Origin: Catajapyx aquilonaris
Lineage: Eukaryota
Length of the DNA stretch: 20,000 bases
NCBI GenBank assembly: GCA_000934665.2
Contig: KZ537956.1
Span: 180,507-200,506 of the forward strand
Direction: 5' to 3'
Shown here piece by piece: positions 9,895 to 20,000 of the stretch (the stretch's first letter is position 1; the number at the start of each line of letters is the position of its first letter). The position numbers were made by a program, and so were the translations under genes. Under the pieces are notes generated by a model. It searched no databases and was not told the DNA's origin. It worked only from the letters and a program-made list of their open reading frames with translations.

Positions 9895-12800
9895 TTCCTT
9901 CTGCCGGAAAGCCTCCTCTTTGGGTCCGACCTGAACGCACCTCTTATTATTATGCGACGCTGGAATTTCTGCAGGATGAACTAAAATTACCTCCCATAAA
10001 TTGATAGTGGTGCTGCAGTACATATCCTGGTACCCGAGGATTCATTTTCTCCCATCTCTCTTTTCCCACACCCGATAACAAGCACCAGGCGCTGTCTCCT
10101 CTAACAGGCTGGGTAATAAATGGCTGATATAATGTGCAGGAGGAGCTACTCTTTCATAATTACTTTGGGGCCCGATACCATCTTTGACATCGTATCTATG
10201 TCACGACTTTTTCCGTGTGTGCACGCAGCTAAGGGGCCCTCAGTTGGAAATAACCGCGGAAAACACCTGATAGATTCTAGTCCGCGGCAATAAAATATTG
10301 TTGCTGGGTCCTAAAAACAACACCGTGTTGTGTTGACGCAGCTCGGGATCATATTAACGCTCAATTATGCCCGGGATGCAATAACTGCGTAATGGCTGAA
10401 CTATGTTCGTAATTGAAGTGGCAGAAATTAATTACCGTGAGTTCCTGCACCTGCTACGCCAGCCGGCTACAACAAAAGGTGTGCGCAATTAATCGACGCT
10501 TGCTTCAAAATTCCTCGAAATTGGGAGGACAAAGTGGCAACATGAGAGGCAATCTTGAAGGTCGCGTCTCGTTCAGAGAGCGAAAAAAACTGGTCCTGAA
10601 GTGCGTTTTTTTATGGTGCAGGACAAGTAATCATTGCTTTCTTCATAACCTGACTCCAATGGTGAAGCCAAAGGCACGTGACTACTTACCATCTGCTGTG
10701 TTACAGGCGCAGGACTACTTCAACAGACCCTGTAATAATAAACATAAAAATGGCGTTAATTCACTCAATAATTCCGTCAAATTTTCATTTTAAAATACGA
10801 AAAGTGTTTTCCACTTAAAATCTTGGCCAAGTGCCGACCCCTAGTTTAGTGGCCATCACTACACTTGGCCAGTGGTCACGTCAGGTGTCGCGACAGCCGC
10901 CTCCAAACTGTTTTTCCCACCAGAGTTACCCCACCCTCCAAGTCCCGAGTTACCCCCTCAACCCACGTACGTAATGAAATTTCACTTAGCATTTTCTGCC
11001 CTGCAATCATTCGGCTTGTGATTTATATCGCATCAGCCGGCCGGCTTTTAAAGCTTGCTGCAGCGGTCCAGCCGTCGTCGCCAGTTCTACCAGCGGAAGT
11101 GGACCCCAAAAACCCCCTCCTGATCCACACTTATTCCTCATATAACTGGCCGCTTCCCAACACTTGCGCCCACGACTAATCACATCCAGGACTTTTCTGA
11201 CTTTTTATGGCCAGAGAGCGTGGGGAACACTAACTCTCACTGCCAAATCAGCCGCTTCGACCCTCATTTCCCCAAAAAACCTGCGGCATCTTGTTCGGAC
11301 CAAACATGATGTCATGACGCTCTGGCACAGTACTTTTCAGGGTCTTATGGATCCACTTACCCACTGCTGGGTCATACCCATGACAAGGAAAATGTTACAT
11401 TGCTAACATGAGCGTAGGGGCCATATTGGGCCTCTGAGAAATCCAAGATGGCAGCGGTGGCTTCAAACGATACAAAAGATGGCGTCTGGGAATAAGTGGC
11501 TGCCGATTTGAAAGCATGTACAGCACTTTCCTAGATCCAGACGTAATAAATTCCTGGCTGGAGCCATTACCATCCGAGATCGCCACCTCAACCACCTACC
11601 CGACGCACAAAGAAAACGATCGGATCGTAAATTCTATATATGCGGGCTCCGAGGCTGATCTATCGTCATTGCCGCACTAAACATGGCCGAGGGAAAATAA
11701 GACATAATAGAACAGAAGTTATAGAAACTGAATTACATCCCCCATTCATGGCAGAAAAGGTTCAGCGTCCTTGAAGCCGCCGCACATAATGCAATCCTTG
11801 GAGCCATGCCTGTTGCAAAATGGGGTGATACTCTTCCCGCCGGAACAAAATGGCTCGAGAGTTATGGCTTATGGCCTTCCATTTCGCTGCTAGTTGTTCT
11901 TTTGAGGCTCTAACCTTAATCGAAGGAGGGCTATCAACTCCAGATAAGGAGACCGTTAAGAGGGAACCAAAGAGAAAATCTGCCAATCCGCCAGTTTCCC
12001 AACTTGCAAGAAGTCGCATGGGGTAGGGGAGGTGGTGGAGGGCCAGACCAACTCTAACATCTTTTGGGAGTTACATTGGAAAACTTCTGGCTCCGTGATG
12101 ATCGCAACTTTTTGCTTGAAGAGCGGAAGGAAACCCGGAGACATCGTCATTTGCGGGGAAGTGCCGCCTCCAATAAGCTGGAAATTATTCAAGTAAACAG
12201 CCCGGGTGAATCACCCTGTACACACACAGCCCCCCCCCCCAATTGATGAGCCTTTTCCTCGCACAGAGCCAGCCTCATTCTTGCAGCATAACAATTAGCA
12301 AAAGTTGGGAGGGATTCTGTCCAGCAGTCCTTTGAATGGGGGACCATCTGCCACGCTTCACGCTTTGGGTATTCCCCGTGCAGGAAACTGGTCCATCTTT
12401 TGTGGTCCACCCAGCGGGTGCCCATAGACCATTGTTAATGGATGTTCTGCCCACAAGACCCACTCCACCGATATTCGCTTTTCCGATTCAGATTTGCGTG
12501 TAACGGAGGGGAAACGCGACACGTGTCCCCCAACCCGATCTCTGTCCACACTCCGCAACAATCGACCCAGTTGGCTCCGATAATTTTATTTTATTTTATA
12601 TCACAAAAAATGAATTTTGCTAGGATATAATTTTTGCTAAAAAAAGGGAGATGCAAGTTGGGAGGTCAGTATTTTATTGATTTGCAGGCGGCATTTGCGG
12701 GCTGGCTGCTATTCTGAGCAAGCCCTGCGGTTGCGGGCTCACAGATGGCTGGTCAGCCAATGAGGACCGCACTCTGACAGGCCCTCCAATCTCGCCTATC

Positions 12801-14965
12801 TCCCTAACTGATTTGCGGTTGCATCCCCGGCAAAGAAGTACGAGAAAACCCGTCATGCTGGAGGGGAGGAGGACCCTGGTATACTTCATTCCCATTGCTG
12901 CAGCTATTCTCACAAAATCCGGAAGTGAATTACAGAAAACGGATTCTACTAGTGGCGTCATCTCCACCTATGATGAATGCTCTCCCTAAAGGGCCGAGCA
13001 CAAATCCCAGCAAAGTTATTCCTGACATAATGCAAATGAAAGTATAATATTACATTTTCCGTCAGCAGAGCTGTGAAAGTTGGAACTTGCCAACTCTTAC
13101 CAGAAAAAAACTTTTTTCCCTCCCCCTCCCCCTCCTATTCCCTTTTTTTTGGGAAGACCTCCGTTTTCTTCCTCCAGTTCCAGAAATCCGTTGACATAAA
13201 TTAATCGCACAACGTTCAGATGGAAATGCACAGTCGTAGGGGAGGGATCGATCATTATATTTTGCCCTGTCGACCGAAGATTTTCCAGACGGGAAGCTTC
13301 TGGATCCTATACTGAGCCACGGTTGCCTCGTCTTGCCAACAAATTTTTTTAAAGACCTCAGCTCCTATTGCTGATAATACCCCCACATTTTTCGGAAGAA
13401 AAATGAAAAAAAAAATGCCCTTTGCGCCCTGAAAATTCTTACAGTGCAACTGCCACCAAAATTGACGAACTGTTGGCAAAAAGTCTAGGCAACATTGCAG
13501 TTGGCTATAGGACCCGTCTGAATTTTTACTTTCCTCAGCATCCGCCTCTTTTTTTTCCTCGTTTTTTATAACTCGTCTGCTGCTTCCACACGAATCCCTG
13601 TGACATTGAAGAACGAGGATGCTAATGTCACTTTAAGTGTCGCCCACAATGGCGGGAGTTGGGAAGGCAAGAGGAGCGAGCACGTGTATTGTCATTGAAA
13701 TGAGGAATGCGCCCAAAAATTATTTTCTCATCGAGCCTGATAAAGTGTCGCCTTTTGGTCGGGGAAAAAGGCTTTGGCCAAAGGAGGGATTTGCATGCCT
13801 GACGTGAATGTGACTGCCGCCGAACCAGGTGGATTTTTCTTCCATCTCTTCCCTTCTTATAAATCTATACCACGGGATCCTATAGTATAAAACGATGCTT
13901 TTGAGAGCAACTGCACATGACTCGCTGAATAAAAAAAAAGTACAATAGACTCTACACGTTACAACTTGCCAACTGTTCCACCCACAATGCTTCCGCATTC
14001 AAGAAAAATTATTGCACCCGGTCGTATAAGTATAACGAGCACTGGTTTGTGCACGCAGCCTGCCTAGGGACGTATGGGGACATTCTGTATATGTACTGCG
14101 CATGTTGTGCTTGTGTTTACAATGCTTTCCTGCCAGGGACTGCCCAGAGTTTGCATTTTTAACACTGTTCCGCAGTCAAATTTTTCCAGGGAATGCTTTT
14201 TTTCCCTCCGTGAAATATCGTGCGGAATTTTTGTGGGCCCACTCCATTAGATCTAGTGGAATTCCGGTCTCTTTTTGTCGTTTTTTTCCCCTCCCTCCCC
14301 CTACTCCCCCCGGGGGCACTACCGCTGCAATGAAAATACGAGGAGCTGAAATCACATCCTTGAGTTGACAAGCGGTATTCAGCAGGCCATCCGAAGCGCA
14401 AGTGAGGAATGAGTCTGCGGGGCAGAGGTAACGCCAGAATGATGAGCAAGAGAGCTCAGATTCTAATGTCCTATCACCAGAAACGGACCCAAGATTAATT
14501 AGGTTTAATTCGGACCGACCGGAGTACGATTTATGTCCCCGACGGTACCCTGAATACTGTCCTCTCCTATTTTTCCATGCTCTTTGTAAGACGACCAAGT
14601 CATTTATTATTCACCAGCTAAGGCGCAACAACAGTTGCTTTTGTGTGCGTTGGAAATTTCGTATACGTACAAGACCATTCACACAGAAAAAATAGGAGTC
14701 ATACTTCATGTTCTTTTGTTTGCTTTTGGACCTAGAACAACATCAAGTTCGGAATTCATGCGGGCAGAAATGTAAACACACCGAAACACACACTTTTCCG
14801 ATGTTTGGGATGGATTGTTATTTTATGAGCCGTACTTAACTTTTGTTCCAATTTCGTATGGAACATAACGCGAACAAATTTTTCACTACTAACACCATTA
14901 ACATTATTATTGAAATATGCTTGCCTATAATGCTGTTATGTTATCAATTACATTAATTTGAAACT

Positions 14966-14994
14966 TACTGTACGGTACCGGTATATCTACAGTA
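14966..14994. other. Chain of TA-flanked motifs resembling Tc1/mariner excision footprints
   Basis: TA-CTG-TA-CGG-TA-CCGG-TA-TA-TC-TA-CAG-TA. TACTGTA and TACAGTA are the canonical Sleeping Beauty (Tc1-family) footprints. Confidence 0.35.
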
Positions 14995-15102
14995 TTGGGA
15001 TTACTTATATTTCTGAGGATGTGAATAAATTGCCAATCGTTCTTCAGTGGTGAAAACCCTGTATTTATAGCATTTTTCCAGGCATTCTATTTTGCCTATT
15101 TC

Positions 15103-15146
15103 CTCACGTTCCTGCGAGTTTCTAGGAATAACCGCAGGAACGTGGG
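15103..15146. repeat. GC-rich hairpin with a 12-bp perfect stem
   Basis: cacgttcctgcg (15105-15116) is the exact reverse complement of cgcaggaacgtg (15133-15144). Extra T.G and C-G pairs lie outside the stem and gtt/aac inside it. Confidence 0.75.
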
Positions 15147-15650
15147 TTCCAAAAAAAAGGTGTTGAAACAGTCTACCTCCAGGTATACAGGCAGAGAAGA
15201 AGCATCGGGGATCGTATCTGGCTGGCAATCACCAAGATGGTGTCATCAACAGACCCAAGTTCTATTATCAGAGTAGCAGTATAGTGTAAGGCCCGGCTCT
15301 ATTGTACAGCTCTTTTGCGCGCTATAAAGTGACTCGTAAATCTCCCCATACTCTTTGTTCCACTCCAGCAGTTACATTTTACACCGGCAAGTCCTTTTTT
15401 CCCCCATGCAAATAAGTTTATAGACTAGCCGTAACGGCACCAAGTTATTTAAATGAAATCTCATCCGAAACAATAGAAACTCCCTCTTTTTACTCTCTCC
15501 CTTCTCCAATAATGCGAAAAGGTCTGAATTTGCAATTGAACACGGTTCTTCCTTGTTAAGTCTTATATACCCGCAGATCGTACACATAGCCTGCTGCCAA
15601 CCTCACTATCGGGCTCCCACGATCATTAGACCATTCGGGGGGTGACTCAC

Positions 15651-15911
15651 TGATTTAGCCGATGCTGTGGAACCCCGACATGCCTTATCGACTTTAATTA
15701 ACACGAAGAGAGAGGAAAAAACGGGTTCAATTTGAGCCCGATTATGAACAAGGCACGGGGATTTGAAACTGCCGGACAAATTGCACCCTTGGGAATTTGA
15801 GTCACAAGCCAGCTCTTCCTGCTTGCAGGGGCCTGCATTATTTTTTGCCACGTGGCCGCCATATACTGTTTCACTTTGCCACCCGAGCTTATCTGCCATG
15901 TTTACACCAAC
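15651..15911 (-). CDS. Weak candidate internal exon (261 nt, phase 0-0), product unknown
   Basis: Minus-strand acceptor ctcttgtttcag|G at 15912/15911 and donor TCA|gtgagt at 15651/15650 bracket 87 stop-free codons within ORF 15606-15998. No recognisable domain. Confidence 0.15.
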
Positions 15912-16030
15912 CTGAAACAAGAGGCTCAGACTGGAACTTTCACTGTACAAGAAAACTGTCTGAAAATTGCTTAGGTGTATGGAATCAATATTACACATTT
16001 CTACGGGATCACAGACATTTACCTGTAGTG

Positions 16031-16158
16031 CACGTGGATTACTAATCCACCGTAGAGTGAATCTAATTGATCTAATTGATCTAATTGATTTAGTGGAGAG
16101 GGTTTTCTCGCTCAGAAATGAGTAATGGGCATTAGGCCGGCTTAGGTCGTGTAATTAG
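16031..16158. promoter_or_regulatory. Candidate homeodomain-driven cis-regulatory module
   Basis: CACGTG 16031-16036; inverted GGATTA-c-TAATCC 16036-16048; three CTAATTG cores 16063-16087; TAAT-gggc-ATTA 16123-16134; TAATTAG 16152-16158. Confidence 0.4.
16061..16089. repeat. 9-bp tandem triplication (ATCTAATTG)x3.2
   Basis: Exact copies at 16061-16069, 16070-16078 and 16079-16087, plus at. Confidence 0.92.
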
Positions 16159-17425
16159 TCTAAGAGGACAGACACTGCAAGCTTTATTCGTTAGCAGCAT
16201 CCCCTCTCATCCGTCCTTCTTTTCTCTTTGTTTAGTCCAGGGCATAAAGGCTGCATCATCCAGTGCTTCTTATTTTCGGGCAGGGTCCGGGCTCTCTAAT
16301 GAGAATGAATACAACCGTAGGGGTATAAAGCCTAATAAGATATGCGAAGGCAAGCAACGCCTGCTAGAAACATTAAAATCTTGCACTGGAGTTGCGTATT
16401 AGCCGTGCCTTCACGCGCCTTAATCCTAAGTAAGTGTCTGGGAAGGGAGGAAAATAACCTTACTGACGCTCCGGATGGTCAAATCAACATTTATGGCTTG
16501 GTACGCCTGGAATTTTTAAGAACACGAGAATTTCACCCCCAGAAAAAAAACATTTCCATGAAAAAGTTGCTCGGATTCCTGATCTGAAAATATTGCAAAT
16601 TAGTGTCGGTAGTAATGTCCATCGGCTACACCTCTCGAGGACGCTCATTACTGTCTTGCAACCTCCAATAAAAAATTCGGTCGAGTAATGAGATCACTCC
16701 GGTGCCTTTAATCTTACGGTCACGGCCAGCAGAAAAACAGGACAAAAGAGCAGGAAAACAGCCTCTGCCGGGAGCAAGATTAGTTATGAAAATGAACAAG
16801 TCCCCCTCCCCCCTTCCCTTGTATTCTATTACAGTTTATAAATTCCATCGCAGTGAATCCGGATCGGCCCAGAGAGTAATCCCCACATTTCATTGCAACA
16901 AGCATCATTAAAGTGTCGGCCCTTGACGGTGATGAAGAGCCACAAATACGTAAACCCAGAATAATACGTACAACTCGCCCATAAATAAGGCCGGATCGCA
17001 TTAATAAAGCAGCCCGCAATTAAAAGAAACAAACAAAAACCAAACGTTGCTCGTAACACATTATATTTTTTTGCGGTGTTGTCCGGTAGCATTTTTGTTA
17101 ATTGGGGATTTGCTCACTGTCGTGAAAGAGCACAATTAGCATCGCCATTAATTTCAAGCGGAGGCCCCCGCTTCCGAAAAAGGACCGGAGAAAGTAAAAC
17201 TGGAATGAGTCGTGGGACCTCCTGGGGACCGTCCCATTCCTCAGCCTCAAATCGTATAGTATGCAGGACGCATCCTGAGAGGTTCGTGACCCGCGCACTT
17301 CACTCCAACCGGCCATTTTCCTGCCCTAATCCCACAATTCATGGACATGACTCAACTGGCGAGGAAGCATCACAACAGATTCAGCTTTGACTCTCGTTAA
17401 TCCCTACCCACAAGAGTTCCCCTCA

Positions 17426-17595
17426 GGGGGGGGGGGGGGGGGGGNNNNNNNNNNNNNNNNNNNNNNNNNNNNNNNNNNNNNNNNNNNNNNNNNNNNNNNN
17501 NNNNNNNNNNNNNNNNNNNNNNNNNNNNNNNNNNNNNNNNNNNNNNNNNNNNNNNNNNNNNNNNNNNNNNNNNNNNNNNNNNNNNGGGGGGGGGG
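17426..17595. other. Assembly gap (141 N, 17445-17585) flanked by poly-G (G19 and G10)
   Basis: Seen directly. Confidence 0.97.
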
Positions 17596-18243
17596 AAGGG
17601 AAAAAAATATATAAGGATAGGAAGTTGCAAAAAGGGGGAGAAACAAGAGAGTGATGTGCCCCCCTTTCTGCCCCGAAGTCTGTATTAGCTGTGCGTGCAT
17701 GCGTGCAAGTTAGACCATATTTCCATCTCATACACACTCTACCCCCTCCCTCAAGAAACGCATCATTGACTTCGACTTGACCCAAACATCGAAACAATAG
17801 GGGGGCCGATGGCACGTGCAACTTTTACGAATATTGCCTCCCAAAAAATCCGTCATAAACTCCTCATCACCAGTGAGACTAATAAAGCGTGCAGGAGGAT
17901 ATTGGCAGCGTAAAAACCAACTGAAGGCAATCAAGTTAGATCCACACACAGACAGACCCTCATCTCATATTCCCATCTCCCTCTCCCTGCTCATAACGCA
18001 CTATTTGAAACGCGCCAAGCATGAAATAAATGCACCCTTTTTCGGTGTCCCTCCTCCATGTATCTGGATTTGTATCGGAAAAACTCCCACTTGGGGCCGG
18101 GGCTGAGATATTACCGGAATCTCCCGGAGACCTCCCCGAAGTGTGATGAACTATATAGTATATAGAAGGGAGGGAGGGGGGAGGGAGCAAAATATTTATC
18201 CTTCCTTTCGATATTCCGAGCAAATATTATTATTTCGCGGATT

Positions 18244-18299
18244 CCAATGGCGTGGGCGTCGCGGAATCGTTTTCCTCCGGGTGACGTCACAAAGGAAGT
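18244..18299. promoter_or_regulatory. Cluster of CCAAT, EGR-type GC box, full CRE palindrome and ETS-like core
   Basis: CCAAT 18244-18248; GCGTGGGCG 18250-18258; GTGACGTCAC 18281-18290; AGGAAGT 18293-18299. Confidence 0.35.
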
Positions 18300-19112
18300 T
18301 CATATCCGAGGCGTTTTCCTAGAACGTTTAGATAAGCGCCCCCCCAAAAGCGGATGCCCAATATTGATCCCCCCCACTCTTCATACTTGGGTGTGCGTGT
18401 GTTGGCATTTGCCACCCACCACTATATACCCACCATCCTCATCTCCCAGCACCTTTTAGGCCAGCCCTGGAAGTAAATCAGAGCCCGTGGAGAGCATTAG
18501 TAACATTTTTTTTTAAAAAAAAAAGAACGGGCCCGAATATTGAAAAACATGGCCCGCCTCTTTCAGAAATCACGTAGGACCAGAGTGACTGCTTTGATAA
18601 CAATCTCGCGTGAATTTTTATTCCAGTGTTACAATTACCAGCTCCCCAGACCTCTCCCAACTCCATTTTTTGCCCCGGGTGTAATTACCGGAGTGCTAAT
18701 TACGGGTTGCCTGCTTGTGTACTAAGCGAAAAGTTCTCAGTATGCATGTGCACGAAAGTTTAATCGTTGAAAAACTTAAAAACGTGGCAACCAAAATCAA
18801 TTTTCCGAATGTGTGACTTTTATTTTAAACACACAGGATATATGTGGAGCACAACTGTTCACCCGAGTTGAATTTGGCTCAGAATATCCACAAAATAAAG
18901 TTGGTACGACTGAAATCCACAGAATTATTGAGTCTCCTGGAACATTCAGGCTATTTCATTAACCCCCTCAGTCTTTAGGGTTGATAGTGAACCTTTCGCC
19001 CCATTGTCTCCTGTTTTGCACTTGCCCTCATTGTCTCCCGTGCAACCGAGGGGTTACGCCCCCCCCCCCCTAAAAAAAGGAAGGGACGGGGTGAGGAGAT
19101 GGGGGGCGAAGT

Positions 19113-19128
19113 AGAGAGAGAGAGAGAG
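19113..19128. repeat. (AG)8 microsatellite
   Basis: Seen directly. Confidence 0.88.
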
Positions 19129-19779
19129 GAAAAGTTTGCAAATGGAGAGAGACTTAAAATTCATAATGGAGCGAAAAGTACTGCCGTAAGAGACAGGCCC
19201 TGAGGGACCAACTGTGGAAAGTAAGCGGAAATTATTCCAAGTCACCTCTGGGAGACCGGGGACCTCCCCTCAACTTTTGATTTGGAATTTACGATTTCTT
19301 CCTTTTTGGTCCCCCCCTCCCCATACCCCACCCCCAAAAAAGTGGAAAGAGCACGGGGTGCAGAAAATGAGATTACCGATGGAAGTCTCTCTAAGTGCGA
19401 GCTCTCGTGATTGGCTTTGTATTCCGGTAGAGATGTAGAGAAAAAAAAGTAGGTTGGCATTCCAATAGCTTTGCGTTTCCCACCTACATATATAGGATGG
19501 CGAGTGCAGTTGTTAATGAGGTAGGGGGTGGCGGATGGTGGGGGGTTAGAAGGCTGGAGGCCTCCTCCCCGGTTTGATTGATTCACGGTGGCCTTTTGTC
19601 CGGAGCAATGTGGGGGCCCTGCGGGGCGCGCACAATGGGATCTAATGAAATACGGGATCATACCAGTAGTAGCCCACGGCATATTACGGAGCCTCATGGA
19701 AAAATTCCGCAGTGTCGCCACCGTCTATGCGAGTTTAACATGGGAAAGCGCCACTGCGGCCATTTCTGTAACTAGTAAA

Positions 19780-20000
19780 TATGCGTGGGAAGAGTCTCCA
19801 GCCAATCAGGAGGCTCGGCGAGAAGCTACGCTTTGAAAAGCAGCGGCGGCCCCCCGCGGCAGTGGCAGCACCGTCGCCCGAGTGGGCGAAATAAAAATCC
19901 CCTGCAGCGGGCGCCGAGCCGGGCTGGAACCCAGGGCCTCCCGATTAGGATGACGTTGCTCTTAGGATCACGGCCAAAGCCGCATGCCTGGTAAGAGAGG
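19780..20000. promoter_or_regulatory. GC/CpG-rich segment with NF-Y-type CCAAT box and Su(H)/CSL site; possible promoter-proximal region
   Basis: CGTGGGAA 19784-19791; AGCCAATCAG 19800-19809; dense CG dinucleotides about 19815-19925. Confidence 0.25.

Noticed and set aside
10824..10871. 10-bp inverted repeat TGGCCAAGTG/CACTTGGCCA with 28-nt spacer
   Set aside because: Within chance expectation, partly due to the self-palindromic TGGCCA, and no TSD.
11361..11595. Minus-strand segment bounded by an AG acceptor-like site and a GTAAGT donor
   Set aside because: Stops in all three frames. GTAAGT is expected several times by chance in 40 kb of both strands, so it could only be a non-coding exon and there is no further support.
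15722..15740. GGTTCAA-containing near-palindrome resembling a tRNA/SINE B box
   Set aside because: No A box or cloverleaf, and it does not match GGTTCGANNCC.
16061..16095. Resemblance to the synthetic 3xP3 marker promoter (vector contamination)
   Set aside because: The unit here is ATCTAATTG on a 9-bp period, not the TAATTCAATTA palindrome, and no hsp70 core promoter or fluorescent-protein sequence follows.
17387..17821. ORFs spanning the N gap
   Set aside because: Artefacts of translating Ns and poly-G.
17937..17947. Partial match to miR-279 (TAGATCCACAC); also a miR-92 seed-like TATTGCAC near 14010
   Set aside because: Matches do not extend to full mature sequences and no precursor hairpin is evident.
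1..20000. Prokaryotic or phage system (CRISPR array, operon, defence island) and window-wide TAATTA enrichment
   Set aside because: No regularly spaced repeats and no gene-dense coding. TAATTA/TAATCC counts by eye are not clearly above compositional expectation outside 16031-16158.

Overview
This 20-kb window looks like non-coding eukaryotic genomic DNA (intergenic or a large intron), most likely from an invertebrate animal. That assignment is inferred from roughly mid-40s % GC by eye, no obvious CpG depletion, many G/C homopolymer and purine/pyrimidine tracts, microsatellites, and a 141-N scaffold gap flanked by poly-G. None of the six-frame ORFs resembles a protein family I recognise: all are under 200 aa, many start at TTG/GTG, and they overlap on both strands as chance ORFs do. 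I found no operon, rRNA, tRNA, CRISPR array, transposase/RT coding sequence or known miRNA. What the sequence does support is small-scale structure: a dense homeodomain-site module at 16031-16158, a CCAAT/EGR/CRE/ETS cluster at 18244-18299, two fold-backs (1471-1550, 15103-15146), a chain of Tc1/mariner-footprint-like motifs (14966-14994), short tandem micro-duplications and G-quadruplex-capable tracts. I cannot support a claim of a new biological system here; the findings are candidate cis-regulatory or structural elements that need external tests.
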